Source: Patescibacteria group bacterium
GTDB lineage: Bacteria > Patescibacteriota > Minisyncoccia > Phycocordibacterales > UBA9973
Assembly (NCBI GenBank): GCA_040384805.1
Contig: JAZKIP010000001.1
Location: 51,981 to 115,980, forward strand
Direction: 5' to 3'
DNA length: 64,000 nucleotides
Positions within the stretch are counted from its first letter, which is position 1. Each line of letters starts with the position of its first letter. Below the pieces are notes generated by a model, which did no database searches, was not told the DNA's origin, and saw nothing but the letters and a program-made list of their open reading frames with translations. Positions 1-11,700 of this stretch are shown in pieces. A program made the translations under genes and the position numbers.

Positions 1-95
1 GTGAATGCGCTAGTCTTCTCGGATCTTTTTGTCTGATACCTCCTGAGACGTTGCTGAATTATAACATTATCCTTCTTGGGGTAATATTATTTTTT

Positions 96-539
96 TTACT
101 TTCTATATTTTCTCGTGCGCCACTTATCGGCGATCTTGACCCGCGTGAGCGATCGCTCAAGCTCGGTCGCGAAGTGTTCAAAATCTACCACTTCCTTGTT
201 CTCTGCTTGTTTGCGGAGCTCCTCGGCCCGCGCTTTTGCTCTCTCGACTGCGTCTTCGGTGATATCACCGATGTGCTCCGCGAAGTCAGCAAGGATCGCA
301 ACAGTTGTGATGTCGCTCTCTTTTTTGACTTCGATAAATCCTCCGACGACTGCCATCGGAATATGCTCACCATTAGTGATCGCAACGATGTCGCCTGAGA
401 CAAGGCTCGCAATAAGAGGAACGTGCTCTGGAAGGATGGTGATCTCCCCTTGCTCCGTCGGCAAAGTCACGCTTTGAACCTCTTCTTCGAGGATGAGACG
501 TTCGGGAGTAACGATCTTGAGTTTTAATGTCTTTGACAT
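96..539 (-). CDS. atpC: ATP synthase F1 epsilon subunit
   Basis: LKIVTPER...GEITILPEHVPL, VVGGFIEV motifs; last gene of atp operon. Confidence 0.96.
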   Translation of the reverse strand: MSKTLKLKIVTPERLILEEEVQSVTLPTEQGEITILPEHVPLIASLVSGDIVAITNGEHIPMAVVGGFIEVKKESDITTVAILADFAEHIGDITEDAVERAKARAEELRKQAENKEVVDFEHFATELERSLTRVKIADKWRTRKYRK

Positions 540-594
540 GATATTGACAAGTTAAGTATTATTAGTTATTTTTTAAGAAACTTAAAATTGTGTT

Positions 595-828
595 ATGGAT
601 TATTTTTTAATCATCTTGTTTATTGCTATAGGGGGTTTTACTATTGGAGCTTTAGGCATCTTTATCCAGATTGTCCGTAGTATTATGGTTTCCAATAGCG
701 ATTATAAAGAAATTTACTTAATTCAGAAATCCAATAAGTTTCTTTCCCGAACGATTGCTATTTCATTTGTGATTTTAGCAATTGATGGAATTGCTTATGC
801 TGCTCGTATTTATTGGATTACGCCTTGA
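595..828 (+). CDS. Small 2-TM membrane protein, antisense within atp operon
   Basis: AT-rich 77-aa ORF, two hydrophobic segments; TTGACA at 544-549 upstream. Confidence 0.65.
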   Translation: MDYFLIILFIAIGGFTIGALGIFIQIVRSIMVSNSDYKEIYLIQKSNKFLSRTIAISFVILAIDGIAYAARIYWITP

Positions 829-845
829 CCAACTTCAAGATTCTT

Positions 846-877
846 ACACTGCTATTATATTAATATAATAGCAGTGT
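846..877. terminator. Perfect 32-bp palindrome, probable bidirectional terminator
   Basis: acactgctattatatt|aatataatagcagtgt between convergent stops. Confidence 0.7.
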
Positions 878-882
878 TTAAA

Positions 883-2262
<1,380 letters not shown>

Positions 2263-2270
2263 CTAATAAT

Positions 2271-3227
2271 TTAACTGACGCTTGCCATGCCGGCACTTAT
2301 TTCGGATATTTCCTGGGTGATACCTGCTTGACGGGCTTTATTGAACTGCAATGTGAGATCTCCGATCATTTCTCCTGCGGCATCGCTTGCATTCTTCATG
2401 GCAAGCATCCGGGCTGACTGCTCTGATGCCCCCGATTCAAGGAGCATCTGGTAGATCTGCATGCGCACTAATTTCTCTGCAAGAGACTCAATGAGGGTAT
2501 TCATATCTCCATCGAAGGTATAAGATACATCTTCTCCGACCTTTGTCGGAGTCCCGACGTCGGTCGGGACTTTCTGTTCTCCGATACTCTCGATCACTTC
2601 TTTGAGTTCCTGCTTGGAAATCGGCAGAAGTTGTCGAATGTTCGGTTTCTGAGAAAGAGCTGAAATGAAATCAGTATATGCCACATGGACTTCAGCATAC
2701 GTTCCCTTCTTGAATTCTTCGATGATGAGGCGCGATAAGGGAGCGACATCCTGCAAACCAAGAATAGCTGGAAGCTCGGTAAAAGTGGCGATGATATTTT
2801 GTCCAATCCCTGAACCATCCGGTCGGGCAAGTCTTCGCATAGCTGCATCCCCTTTCTTACCGACAGCGACGATGTCGATGGCTTCCGGGGCATTCTTGAG
2901 CATCCCGATCGCTTTCTTGATGATCTGGGAATTATATCCGCCGCAGAGGCTCCCGTTTGATGTGACAAGGACAAGAAGGCTTCGCCCTGCTATAGGAGAT
3001 GTCGCTTGAGCTGTCTTTTTTTCGAAAAAAGGATGAGTGGTTTCTTCGAGCTTGTCTGAAAGCGATGTAAGAAGATCCCATGAATAGCCGGCATACAAGC
3101 GCGACGCAAGAGCCTGGGCGACCGCCCGGCGCATCTTCGAAGCCGCCACGAGTTCCATCGCCTTGGTGATCTTCTTGGTATTTTTTACCGATTTTATTCT
3201 TCGTTTTATTTCTTTAGTTCCTGCCAT
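2271..3227 (-). CDS. atpG: ATP synthase F1 gamma subunit
   Basis: KITKAMELVAASK, LCGGYNS, NKARQAGITQEISEI. Confidence 0.98.
   Translation of the reverse strand: MAGTKEIKRRIKSVKNTKKITKAMELVAASKMRRAVAQALASRLYAGYSWDLLTSLSDKLEETTHPFFEKKTAQATSPIAGRSLLVLVTSNGSLCGGYNSQIIKKAIGMLKNAPEAIDIVAVGKKGDAAMRRLARPDGSGIGQNIIATFTELPAILGLQDVAPLSRLIIEEFKKGTYAEVHVAYTDFISALSQKPNIRQLLPISKQELKEVIESIGEQKVPTDVGTPTKVGEDVSYTFDGDMNTLIESLAEKLVRMQIYQMLLESGASEQSARMLAMKNASDAAGEMIGDLTLQFNKARQAGITQEISEISAGMASVS
2534..2571. repeat. Double-hairpin palindrome inside atpG
   Basis: ctccgac-cttt-gtcggag and gtcccgac-gtcg-gtcgggac; encodes KVPTDVGTPTKVGE. Confidence 0.75.
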
Positions 3228-3232
3228 AAAAT

Positions 3233-3592
3233 TTAATAAGCGAGAAAAGTAAGGAAACCGATTATTATAAGTGTAAGCATTGCACGTATTACAAGTATTA
3301 ACAATATTATGGAAAGTATCAATAGGATGATATTTTTTGCGCTATTCTTATTTTTTGATTTCTTGTATATGGTAATGCCTTTACTGCAAATCATTGTGAT
3401 CCATATTGATACAATAACGCCTAAGAATATCAATATGATAAATCCGAGTTTGCCCGTAAGTATATATTTTCTTAGAAGGAAATATATATAACCATATCCG
3501 TGCAATACAAAAAATACAAAAAATATTTCTATCGCTATCAGCTGGTTTTGTTTCTTTTCAATTAAATTATCTCTACTAATGCTTTCTTCCAT
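3233..3592 (-). CDS. 3-TM hypothetical membrane protein between atpA and atpG
   Basis: AT-rich, hydrophobic, tightly packed between neighbours. Confidence 0.75.
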   Translation of the reverse strand: MEESISRDNLIEKKQNQLIAIEIFFVFFVLHGYGYIYFLLRKYILTGKLGFIILIFLGVIVSIWITMICSKGITIYKKSKNKNSAKNIILLILSIILLILVIRAMLTLIIIGFLTFLAY

Positions 3593-3595
3593 AAA

Positions 3596-5098
3596 TTATT
3601 TACCAAAACTGATCTTGAAATCTTCAATTGCCTTCTTTAAACTTGCCTCGCTTCCATCTGTCCACATTTTCTTCTCGATAACATCCGTGTAGAAATCTTT
3701 TGCCTGTGCTTCGCTGTAATCAATGAGGCCTTGCTGGAATTCTCCGATACGGTCTACGGGAACATCGTCGAGATATCCTTTCACAAGAGCATAGAGAACG
3801 ACGACCTGATGTTCGGTCTTGACCGGTGAATACTGCGGCTGTTTGAGCATCTCAGTTGCGCGCTTGCCGCGTTCGAGCTGTCTCTTTGTCGATTCATCAA
3901 GATCAGAACCGAACTGGGAGAAAGCTTCGAGTTCGCGGAACTGGGCAAGGTCGAGCTTGAGCGTTCCCGCTACTTTCTTCATAGCTTTGATCTGGGCTGA
4001 TGATCCGACGCGGGAGACTGAGTTTCCGACATTCACAGCCGGGCGGATTCCCTTGTAGAAGAGATCGGTTTCGAGGAATATCTGTCCGTCGGTAATGGAG
4101 ATGACGTTGGTCGGAATATAGGCTGAAATGTCGCCTGCCTGTGTTTCGATGATCGGCAATGCCGTGATGGATCCTCCTCCGTATTCCTTGTTGCGTCGCG
4201 CGGCGCGCTCAAGCAAACGCGAGTGAAGATAGAAAACGTCTCCGGGGTATGCTTCGCGGCCCGGCGGACGGCGAAGAAGCAACGAGATCTCGCGATATGC
4301 CACAGCATGCTTGGAAAGATCATCGTAGACGATCAAGACATCCTTCCCCTGATCCATGAAGTATTCAGCAATTGAAACGCCCGCATATGGCGCGATGTAT
4401 GAAAGCGCTGCAGATTCCGATGCGCTAGCTGATACGATAACTGTATAGTCCATGGCGCCGCCTTCCCGAAGGCGAGTTTCAAGCTTGCGGAGTTTGGAAT
4501 CCTTCTGTCCGATCGAGACATAGACGCAGATCATATTTTCCCCTTTCTGGTTGAGAATAGCGTCGATGGCGATTGCAGTCTTGCCTGTCTGGCGGTCGCC
4601 GATGATGAGCTCGCGCTGTCCGCGGCCGATCGGGATAAGAGCATCGATGGCTTTGATACCGGTTGCAACAGGCTGGTCGACAGAGAGGCGTGTGACGACT
4701 CCCGGAGCGACTTTTTCAATCGGGTTTGTCTTGTTCGTCTTGATATCTCCCTTGCCGTCGATCGGCTGGCCAAGAGCATTGAGAACGCGGCCGATCTGAG
4801 CGTCCCCGACGGGAACTTCGAGGATTCGTCCTGTGGCTTTGACCTCGTCTCCTTCGCGGATCGTTGAAAAATCACCGAGGATAATGACGCCGACAGAATC
4901 TTCTTCGAGGTTAAGAGTCACGCCGATCTCGCCGCTCGGGAATGTGACCATTTCCGATGCCTTGATATCAGAGAGTCCCGAAATCTTGGCGATGCCGTCG
5001 AATACCTCAACGACATGGCCGATCTTCTCGGCTTTGGCATCAACCTGGAATTGTTCGATTTGCTTTCTTAAATTTTCTACGATTGTGTTTTTTGTCAT
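3596..5098 (-). CDS. atpA: ATP synthase F1 alpha subunit
   Basis: [29 protein letters not shown]. Confidence 0.99.
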   Translation of the reverse strand: MTKNTIVENLRKQIEQFQVDAKAEKIGHVVEVFDGIAKISGLSDIKASEMVTFPSGEIGVTLNLEEDSVGVIILGDFSTIREGDEVKATGRILEVPVGDAQIGRVLNALGQPIDGKGDIKTNKTNPIEKVAPGVVTRLSVDQPVATGIKAIDALIPIGRGQRELIIGDRQTGKTAIAIDAILNQKGENMICVYVSIGQKDSKLRKLETRLREGGAMDYTVIVSASASESAALSYIAPYAGVSIAEYFMDQGKDVLIVYDDLSKHAVAYREISLLLRRPPGREAYPGDVFYLHSRLLERAARRNKEYGGGSITALPIIETQAGDISAYIPTNVISITDGQIFLETDLFYKGIRPAVNVGNSVSRVGSSAQIKAMKKVAGTLKLDLAQFRELEAFSQFGSDLDESTKRQLERGKRATEMLKQPQYSPVKTEHQVVVLYALVKGYLDDVPVDRIGEFQQGLIDYSEAQAKDFYTDVIEKKMWTDGSEASLKKAIEDFKISFGK

Positions 5099-5099
5099 A

Positions 5100-5507
5100 T
5101 TAATTCCTGATTAAGTAATCTTCTAATTGAGTGATTCGGTGCTTCATTGTCATATCGATAATCTCGTCTCCTATCTGTATCTTCATTCCCCCGATATTGT
5201 TTTCATTAATGCTTATATCGAGATATATTTCTTTCATACCGTATCTTTCCTTTAATTGATTCTTTAGGTCTTCCTCCGTCTCTGTTGAGAGAGGCCGTGC
5301 AGTTTCTGCGCGAGCCCGGAGAACTCCTTCATCATGATCAATCAGTTCCTCGAGGCTCTTGAGAATCTCAGGGGCTTTCGAGAGCAGATGTCTCTTGCTC
5401 AAGAATTCAACGCCATTCGACAGGAAAATCTCAAGGTCTTTCCCTTCTTTCCCTTTTGATCCTTCGTATAATGCCTGCGCGGCGTTTTGTGTTGAAATTG
5501 CTGACAT
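5100..5507 (-). CDS. atpH: ATP synthase delta subunit (short form)
   Basis: [16 protein letters not shown]-terminal motif; position between atpF and atpA. Confidence 0.9.
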   Translation of the reverse strand: MSAISTQNAAQALYEGSKGKEGKDLEIFLSNGVEFLSKRHLLSKAPEILKSLEELIDHDEGVLRARAETARPLSTETEEDLKNQLKERYGMKEIYLDISINENNIGGMKIQIGDEIIDMTMKHRITQLEDYLIRN

Positions 5508-5512
5508 ATGAA

Positions 5513-6004
5513 TTATGCGTTGCGAATATTTTTTACCTGTTTCTGATCAAAAGACGCATCTGCCTTATCTTCAAGTAATTTTTCTGTTGCGGCAACGACA
5601 AGGGTTATAATTTCCTTTTTCGCTTCCTCGATCATTTTGGCTTTTTCTCCTTCAAGAGCGTTTTTGCCGTCTGCGATCATTCGGTCAACGTCTACTTTTG
5701 CCTGTTCAAGCATCTCTGTCTTTTTTGCTTCGGCATCGCGCTTCCCTTCCTGGAATATTTCATGAGCTTCCGTTTTTGCCTGCACAACGATGGCATCATA
5801 TTCTTTCTTGGTATCTGCGAGAATCTTCGCGTTGCGCTTTGCATCTTCAAGACCGCCCTCGATGCGGCTCTGCCTTTCGCTCATTATTTTTTTAAGGGGC
5901 TTAAGCGCCAAAAAATATAAAATAACAAGGACAATGATAAAATTGATCGCTTGGGCGATAATGATTTTCCAGTCTATATGAAAAGTTGTAACGAATGATT
6001 CCAT
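5513..6004 (-). CDS. atpF: ATP synthase Fo b subunit
   Basis: N-terminal TM (AQAINFIIVLVIL), KPL..IMSERQ, coiled coil. Confidence 0.96.
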   Translation of the reverse strand: MESFVTTFHIDWKIIIAQAINFIIVLVILYFLALKPLKKIMSERQSRIEGGLEDAKRNAKILADTKKEYDAIVVQAKTEAHEIFQEGKRDAEAKKTEMLEQAKVDVDRMIADGKNALEGEKAKMIEEAKKEIITLVVAATEKLLEDKADASFDQKQVKNIRNA

Positions 6005-6106
6005 GCGGAGATAATAATTATGAATTAAAATTGCTAATACGAATTGAGCTTCTCACTCCTAGCCCCTAGTCGATAGAATACTAGTTGCCAGATGTAAAGA
6101 GCCGAA

Positions 6107-6349
<243 letters not shown>

Positions 6350-6371
6350 CTAATAATGGTTGACCTTGAAT

Positions 6372-7298
6372 TTAATGTGCTTCCGCCACGCGATGACTTT
6401 CCTTCGGATGCTCGTCGTGCTTCTCGTCATGGTCCTGGCTTGCCATCGTATAATAGACAAGGGTCAGAATAGCGAAGATGAATGCCTGGATCACACCGAC
6501 AAAGACTTCCAGAAGCAAAAATGGCGTCGGTACAAGATATGCCATGATTGCCGCCATTGCCGCTAAAAGCACTTCGCCGGCGAACACATTTCCGAAAAGA
6601 CGGAATGAAAGCGATGCGATCTTGGCCATTTCTCCAATAAGCTCCAGAAATCCGACAGCGAACATGATCGGAGCCGTTAAAAGGATTGTCGGATCTTTTC
6701 GGACTTTCGTGAAAATGCCTCCGAGCGCCTTTAGATTAACATATTTATTGATGGTTTTCCAGAGACCGATCGTGAATATTCCAAAGAGATTCGCTCCGAG
6801 AACGGACAGGACCGCAAGAGGCAATGTTCCGTTGATGTCGGCCGTTCCGCTTCGAATAAGGGGTATAAACGCTTTGCCATGTTCGGTTGTCTCAATAAAG
6901 CCGAATCCTCCGATTGGCAATATTCCCATCCAGTTATTAAGAAGCACGAAAAGAAAAACAGAGAACACGACTGGAAACGCCTTGTTGGTGATCCTGCGGT
7001 CGCCTGTGACTTGATCAGCGAGCGATTCCGCTCCTTCGATCACGAATTCGAAGAAATTCTGAATCCCCTTCGGTATTTGCTTGAGCTTGAAGCGCATGAT
7101 AACGGCAAAAATGACGAGAATTGCCACGACGATCCAACTTGTAAAAAGCGCATTAGTAACCGTAAAAGATCCGATATGTCCAATCGGTTCGGCATATAAT
7201 GTCGCTTCATGATGCGCTTCTTCGCTTTCGACATGGGTCGCCTCTGGTGCGCCGGTATCCATTATTTCATTTTCTACATGTTCTTGAACTTCTGCCAT
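6372..7298 (-). CDS. atpB: ATP synthase Fo a subunit
   Basis: SLSFRLFGNVFAGE, IQAFIFAIL. Confidence 0.98.
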   Translation of the reverse strand: MAEVQEHVENEIMDTGAPEATHVESEEAHHEATLYAEPIGHIGSFTVTNALFTSWIVVAILVIFAVIMRFKLKQIPKGIQNFFEFVIEGAESLADQVTGDRRITNKAFPVVFSVFLFVLLNNWMGILPIGGFGFIETTEHGKAFIPLIRSGTADINGTLPLAVLSVLGANLFGIFTIGLWKTINKYVNLKALGGIFTKVRKDPTILLTAPIMFAVGFLELIGEMAKIASLSFRLFGNVFAGEVLLAAMAAIMAYLVPTPFLLLEVFVGVIQAFIFAILTLVYYTMASQDHDEKHDEHPKESHRVAEAH

Positions 7299-7301
7299 AT
7301 A

Positions 7302-7565
7302 TTATTTATTTTCTTGAATCTTTTTTGCTTTCTCTTCTTTTTCTATTTTACGAATATATCCGACAACATTTTTCCGTATTGAAAAAAGCGATATAAGGAA
7401 TGCAATTGCCGTAAGCCCCAGGAATATCCACGGTGCCGTGTCATATTTGCCATCGAGATATTTGCCGATACCAAGGGCCAGGATAACGGGGATGGCGATC
7501 GATCCGGAGACTTTCATGAATATGATGAGTCCGGGTTTCCACCAATTTTTGTTCTTGTCTTTCAT
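7302..7565 (-). CDS. AtpZ/AtpI family protein
   Basis: GKYLDGKYDTAPW motif, 2 TM, first gene of atp operon. Confidence 0.85.
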   Translation of the reverse strand: MKDKNKNWWKPGLIIFMKVSGSIAIPVILALGIGKYLDGKYDTAPWIFLGLTAIAFLISLFSIRKNVVGYIRKIEKEEKAKKIQENK

Positions 7566-7592
7566 AAAAAGAAAACGGCCTTAGCCAGCCGC

Positions 7593-7635
7593 ACTATAGC
7601 AAAAAATTGCGATATTTTCAAGTTTTTGCTATAGT
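7593..7635. promoter_or_regulatory. Overlapping divergent sigma70 promoters (atp operon / tRNA-Ile)
   Basis: minus TTGAAA-17-TATAGT and plus TTGCGA-17-TATAGT, both with extended TG. Confidence 0.7.
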
Positions 7636-7676
7636 ATTCCTACGTTTTAAGGTTTTTCAGTGCATACATCATTAAC

Positions 7677-7741
7677 GCGTGTGGAGTAGAGTGGTAGAAC
7701 CTGCCTACCGGCAAGGCAGGCGCTCGTCCTGATATAACAGG
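7677..7741 (+). pseudogene. Decayed 5' copy of tRNA-Ile interrupted by a 21-bp palindrome
   Basis: gcgtgtggagtagagtggtagaa[cctgcctaccggcaaggcagg]cgctcgtcctgata aligns with the 5' half of the intact tRNA at 7795. Confidence 0.75.
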
Positions 7742-7794
7742 TACAATACGAATGGTTCGCTCGTTGAAAATGAAATAAGATTAATTCTTTAAGT

Positions 7795-7866
7795 GCGTGT
7801 GTAGTTCAGTGGTAGAACGCTGTCCTGATAAGACAGAGGCCGAAAGTTCGATTCTTTCCACACGCA
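7795..7866 (+). tRNA. tRNA-Ile(GAU)
   Basis: Full cloverleaf: GCGTGTG/CACACGC, CTGTC-CTGATAA-GACAG, GAAAG-TTCGATT-CTTTC; CCA not encoded. Confidence 0.95.
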
Positions 7867-7913
7867 CTTAGGGTGGTAGCTTATTTCATTTTGCAACTCA
7901 CTGCCATGTAGCC

Positions 7914-7953
7914 TTAAAACACAAAAGACCCTTGAGGGTCTTTTGTGTTTTAA
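7914..7953. terminator. Bidirectional intrinsic terminator
   Basis: 19-bp inverted repeat ttaaaacacaaaagaccct/agggtcttttgtgttttaa. Confidence 0.85.
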
Positions 7954-7974
7954 AATATATATTTAAAAGATCAC

Positions 7975-8405
7975 TTAATTTAATCGATTAATGTCCGTAA
8001 TGATAGATCCAGATTTCTTAACAGGATTTCCTTCTTCATCAAGTTGATTACCAAAACGATCTACTATTTTGCTGGTATTAACAATCGGCGTGCCGCTTGT
8101 ATCAAGCTCATTGCCATAAGGATCTAATAGCTTTTCTTTCTTAACTAATATTCCGCCTGCGTTGATCTCGTACTCATTGCCCAACTTGTCGAGTATCTTT
8201 TTGTCAGGCGAGCCGACAGGCTTGCCATCGGGCCCATATTCCTGACCGAATTGATTTACAAGCGTATTTTTTTAACTAATATTCCACCTGAACTGGTGTC
8301 ATAGGTATTACCTGCTTTGTCTATTATTTTTTTATCTTGAGCGATAGGCTTGCCATCGGGACCAAGTTTATTTCCATCCGGACCTACTATTTTTTCAAAA
8401 TTCAT
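7975..8405 (-). pseudogene. Repeat protein (K-h-h-D-x-x-G-N / GPDGKP repeats) frameshifted at an A7 run
   Basis: Frame from ATG 8405 and frame ending 7975 share repeats; they join if one A is added at 8267-8273. Confidence 0.75.
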
Positions 8406-8447
8406 AATTAAAATTATATCATTTTTGATCTCATTGTGTCAATAAAA

Positions 8448-8479
8448 CAAAAATACTCCCTTTAAAGGGAGTATTTTTG
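8448..8479. terminator. Intrinsic terminator after RRM gene
   Basis: Perfect 32-bp palindrome with A/T tails. Confidence 0.8.
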
Positions 8480-8498
8480 GATAGAGTAAGCCGATATA

Positions 8499-8792
8499 TT
8501 ATCGGTTTGGGCGGAAACCACCGCCACCTGACTGTGGACGAGCTTCCATAGGACGAGCTTCGTTCACAGTAAGATTTCGACCTTCGAAATCTTTACCGTC
8601 AAACATTGAGATAGCTGTGTCAGCATCTGCATCGTTTTCCATTTCAACGAAACCGAAGCCCTTTGAGCGGCCAGTCATCTTATCCATGATAATAGTTGCT
8701 GATGCTACAGGACCTGCAGCCTCAAAGTGAGCTTTGAGCTCGTCGTTAGTAGTCTTGTAAGGAAGACCGCCAACATATAACTTTTTTGCCAT
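8499..8792 (-). CDS. RRM RNA-binding protein
   Basis: KLYVGGL (RNP2), KGFGFVEM (RNP1), Gly-rich tail; start moved to ATG 8792. Confidence 0.95.
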   Translation of the reverse strand: MAKKLYVGGLPYKTTNDELKAHFEAAGPVASATIIMDKMTGRSKGFGFVEMENDADADTAISMFDGKDFEGRNLTVNEARPMEARPQSGGGGFRPNR

Positions 8793-8993
8793 ATATGACA
8801 ATGTGCTTCTCGTAAACGTACTTTCATACGAATGCGTGAAGAAAACTAATTTATAAATGTAATCGCGTAGCCGATTTTCATTTACATGCCTCAATGTTTA
8901 CACAGCGAAGTATGAAACAAATACCAAAACGTAAGCAAACTACTGAAGGAAAGTATACCACATATATGTCGACCACACAACCAAATTTTAATT

Positions 8994-9024
8994 AAAAAGT
9001 GCCGCCCCTAGGGAGGGACGGCAC
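8994..9024 (-). terminator. Intrinsic terminator
   Basis: GC hairpin followed by U-tract on minus strand. Confidence 0.7.
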
Positions 9025-9034
9025 AAAGGGGTAT

Positions 9035-9271
9035 CTATTCTTCAACTCCTATACTATTGATAAGTTTCTGTATTTCTTTATATCGTCTTTTTATTCTGAT
9101 TTCCAATAAGAAATAGATAATATAAAATATAACGCCGATAATGCATATGATAAAACCGATTACCATAAAGCTCCTTTCTTTATTGAAAAAAACCAAAAAT
9201 ATGAAGATAGTACTTGAAGCTAGAGAAATAGATGTTAATATGAACAGAATAGTGCTTATTTTCTTTTCCAT
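9035..9271 (-). CDS. Small 2-TM membrane protein
   Basis: Hydrophobic 78-aa ORF with upstream TTGACC..TAAAAT and downstream terminator. Confidence 0.7.
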   Translation of the reverse strand: MEKKISTILFILTSISLASSTIFIFLVFFNKERSFMVIGFIICIIGVIFYIIYFLLEIRIKRRYKEIQKLINSIGVEE

Positions 9272-9399
9272 ATAGCAAGGTATTGTTTAATGAGCGAAAA
9301 AGACTTAACAGTTCTTCTTTGCTCATTAAACAAAACTTCTCATCTCTAAACTAAGATTAACTTGGTTTTATTTTAACATACAGTACATAAAAGGTCAAG

Positions 9400-10449
9400 T
9401 TATTCTGGGTTGATAGTGCATATTTTATTAGCAATGTATTTAGCATCCCGGGAAATTCCCGCCAAATGAGACGAGCTTTTACTGTATTGCCAGCGGATGT
9501 TAAGAACATAGAGCCCTTTTATATTTGTTACTCCTCTTGTATGCAAATCCGGATCAAAATCAGGAATATCTATAATGGAAAAATCCGATTTATATCCTGT
9601 GGCCCATATAACGACGGAAACTTCCCCCACATTTCCTTTCTCCGATAGTATTTTTCCTTCTGGCGTTATGCCGGTTATCCGGCCTACTGAAATGACATTT
9701 TCATTATTCAAAAGCATGCCGACATCCATACCCACAGCTTTGCCTTTCGTATACCACCGGACAAGCTTACCCAAAAGCGATTTCTGGGGAATATGGGCAA
9801 GGCCAAGGCGGTATGCCATCCATTGCGAGAGTTGAGAGCTTGGAACGCTTTTCAATTTTCCTTTGTATGAAAAGAATATCTGCCGCCCTGTTTCAATGAG
9901 CTCTTTGGCGATTTCCGAGCCTGAGTTACCTCCGCCGACAACAAGAACCGTGCCCGGAAGCAGTTCTCTTTCATTTTTGTATTGTTTTGCGTGAAGTTGA
10001 TGGATGTCTTTTGGAAGATTGGATGCATAGAAAGGTATAGATGGAGTGTTGAATGGTCCCGTCGCAAGAACAACGGCAGACGATTCATATATGCCATTGT
10101 TCGTTATTGTTATAAACAGATCACCTTCTTTTTGAATTGATAGCACGAGAGTATCAAAGACAGGCGTAATTCCGAATGTATCTGCAAATGATTTTAAATA
10201 TTCTGCAACTTCGTTTTTATGCGGCTGCCGTTTCTGATCTCCCGGAAAAGGAAAGCCTTCAAGATGGCTGTATTTGGCGAATGAATCGATAATAAGTGAG
10301 TCGTATCGATTTATCCACGAAGCCCCGATTTGTTTTTCCTGATCGAGGATGATATATGTTCCTCCTTTCTCTTTTAGATAACGGGCAACCGAAAGTCCTG
10401 CCTGGCCTGCGCCGATTATGATCGTGCCTGTGACAGCTGTCGGTTCCAT
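9400..10449 (-). CDS. Flavin-containing monooxygenase-like oxidoreductase (CzcO/ArsO-like)
   Basis: GAGQAG, GGGNSG, WATGY; start ATG 10449 just after prfA stop. Confidence 0.9.
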   Translation of the reverse strand: MEPTAVTGTIIIGAGQAGLSVARYLKEKGGTYIILDQEKQIGASWINRYDSLIIDSFAKYSHLEGFPFPGDQKRQPHKNEVAEYLKSFADTFGITPVFDTLVLSIQKEGDLFITITNNGIYESSAVVLATGPFNTPSIPFYASNLPKDIHQLHAKQYKNERELLPGTVLVVGGGNSGSEIAKELIETGRQIFFSYKGKLKSVPSSQLSQWMAYRLGLAHIPQKSLLGKLVRWYTKGKAVGMDVGMLLNNENVISVGRITGITPEGKILSEKGNVGEVSVVIWATGYKSDFSIIDIPDFDPDLHTRGVTNIKGLYVLNIRWQYSKSSSHLAGISRDAKYIANKICTINPE

Positions 10450-10450
10450 A

Positions 10451-11389
10451 TTATTCCTCATCTGCGTCACCGACCACTCCTGAAGAGAGAGCTTCTATGA
10501 TCCTGTCGATAGTGCCCTCCATGATGCCCGGAATATTGGACCACGACTGCTTAATGCGGTGATCTGTGACGCGATCCTGGGGAAAATTATAGGTACGGAT
10601 CTTTTCGCTTCTATCGGCTGTGCCGATCTGGGCTTTGCGGTCTCCGGAATATTTCTTCGCTTCCTCTTCGTCTTTGAGCATCTGGAGTTTGGAAAGAAGG
10701 ATCGACATGGCCTTTTCGCGGTTGCCAAGCTGGCTTCGCTCGCTTGTTGAGCGCACATCGATGCCGGTCGGCTTGTGTATCAAGCGCACGGCAGTTTCGA
10801 CTTTGTTGACATTCTGGCCTCCTGCGCCGCCCGAGCGAGAGTACTCCATATCGAGATCAGCGGGATTGATCTCAATCTTGCTTTTCTTGCGGATCGGAAG
10901 GATGGCAACGGATGCTGTCGATGTATGAATGCGTCCGTTCTTCTCGGTTGCCGGAACCCGCTGGACGCGATGAACTCCCGTTTCGTAGCGAAGAAGCTTG
11001 TAGACGTCTTTACCTTTGACTTCGAGCGTGTATTCATCAAGATGCTTGCTCTGCCATCCGCGGTTATCCGAATAGCGTTCGTACATGGCGACAAGTTCAA
11101 GGGCAAAAAGCGCCGCCTCGTCGCCTCCCGCCCCCGCCCGGACTTCAAGAACGATCTCATTAGGGAATTCCTCTTCTTCTTTATCGCCTTTCATGATCTC
11201 TTCGAGCTGCCGTTCGATAGCCTCCTTTTGAAAGCGGATATTTTGGAGTTCTTCGTCGGCTAAATCACGAAGGCTTTCATCCTGCGTGACCATATCAGTG
11301 ACTTTCTTTTCCTCGCTTTCGAGGCGTTCGTATTCCTCGGCAAAGTAGCTTGTTTTATGATTTTTTTTAAGTTCGTTGAGATCAAGCAT
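10451..11389 (-). CDS. prfA: Peptide chain release factor 1
   Basis: GGQ, PAT (PxT) motif, [19 protein letters not shown]. Confidence 0.97.
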   Translation of the reverse strand: MLDLNELKKNHKTSYFAEEYERLESEEKKVTDMVTQDESLRDLADEELQNIRFQKEAIERQLEEIMKGDKEEEEFPNEIVLEVRAGAGGDEAALFALELVAMYERYSDNRGWQSKHLDEYTLEVKGKDVYKLLRYETGVHRVQRVPATEKNGRIHTSTASVAILPIRKKSKIEINPADLDMEYSRSGGAGGQNVNKVETAVRLIHKPTGIDVRSTSERSQLGNREKAMSILLSKLQMLKDEEEAKKYSGDRKAQIGTADRSEKIRTYNFPQDRVTDHRIKQSWSNIPGIMEGTIDRIIEALSSGVVGDADEE

Positions 11390-11454
11390 ATGATTGTTGT
11401 TTCATTATACAGTAAAAAACGCCTTTGTTTGACAAAGAGCGCTTTTCGATATCG

Positions 11455-11673
11455 TTATTTCTTCTTGGTAGATGATGCGGCTGCGCGCTTCTTGAAGCGA
11501 TCAACGCGGCCTGCCGTGTCGAGAACCTTCTCGTTTCCGGTGTAGAAAGGATGGCATTGGCTGCAGATTTCGACGCTAATTTCATCCATTGTAGATCCTA
11601 CAGGAAAAGTAGCTCCGCAGGCGCATGTGACTTTAGCTCCATTATTGTGTTTCGGATGTATGTCTTTTTTCAT
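11455..11673 (-). CDS. rpmE: 50S ribosomal protein L31 (Zn-binding type)
   Basis: [27 protein letters not shown]. Confidence 0.98.
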   Translation of the reverse strand: MKKDIHPKHNNGAKVTCACGATFPVGSTMDEISVEICSQCHPFYTGNEKVLDTAGRVDRFKKRAAASSTKKK

Positions 11674-11700
11674 ATAGATTGCTATAATAGCACGGCTTTA

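Noticed and set aside
1-70. Possible transcript starting after TGTTATAAT at the left edge
   Set aside because: Truncated by the window; too little sequence to call
2985-3005. Third palindrome insertion in atpG (ATSPIAG)
   Set aside because: Only a short mismatched palindrome in a variable region
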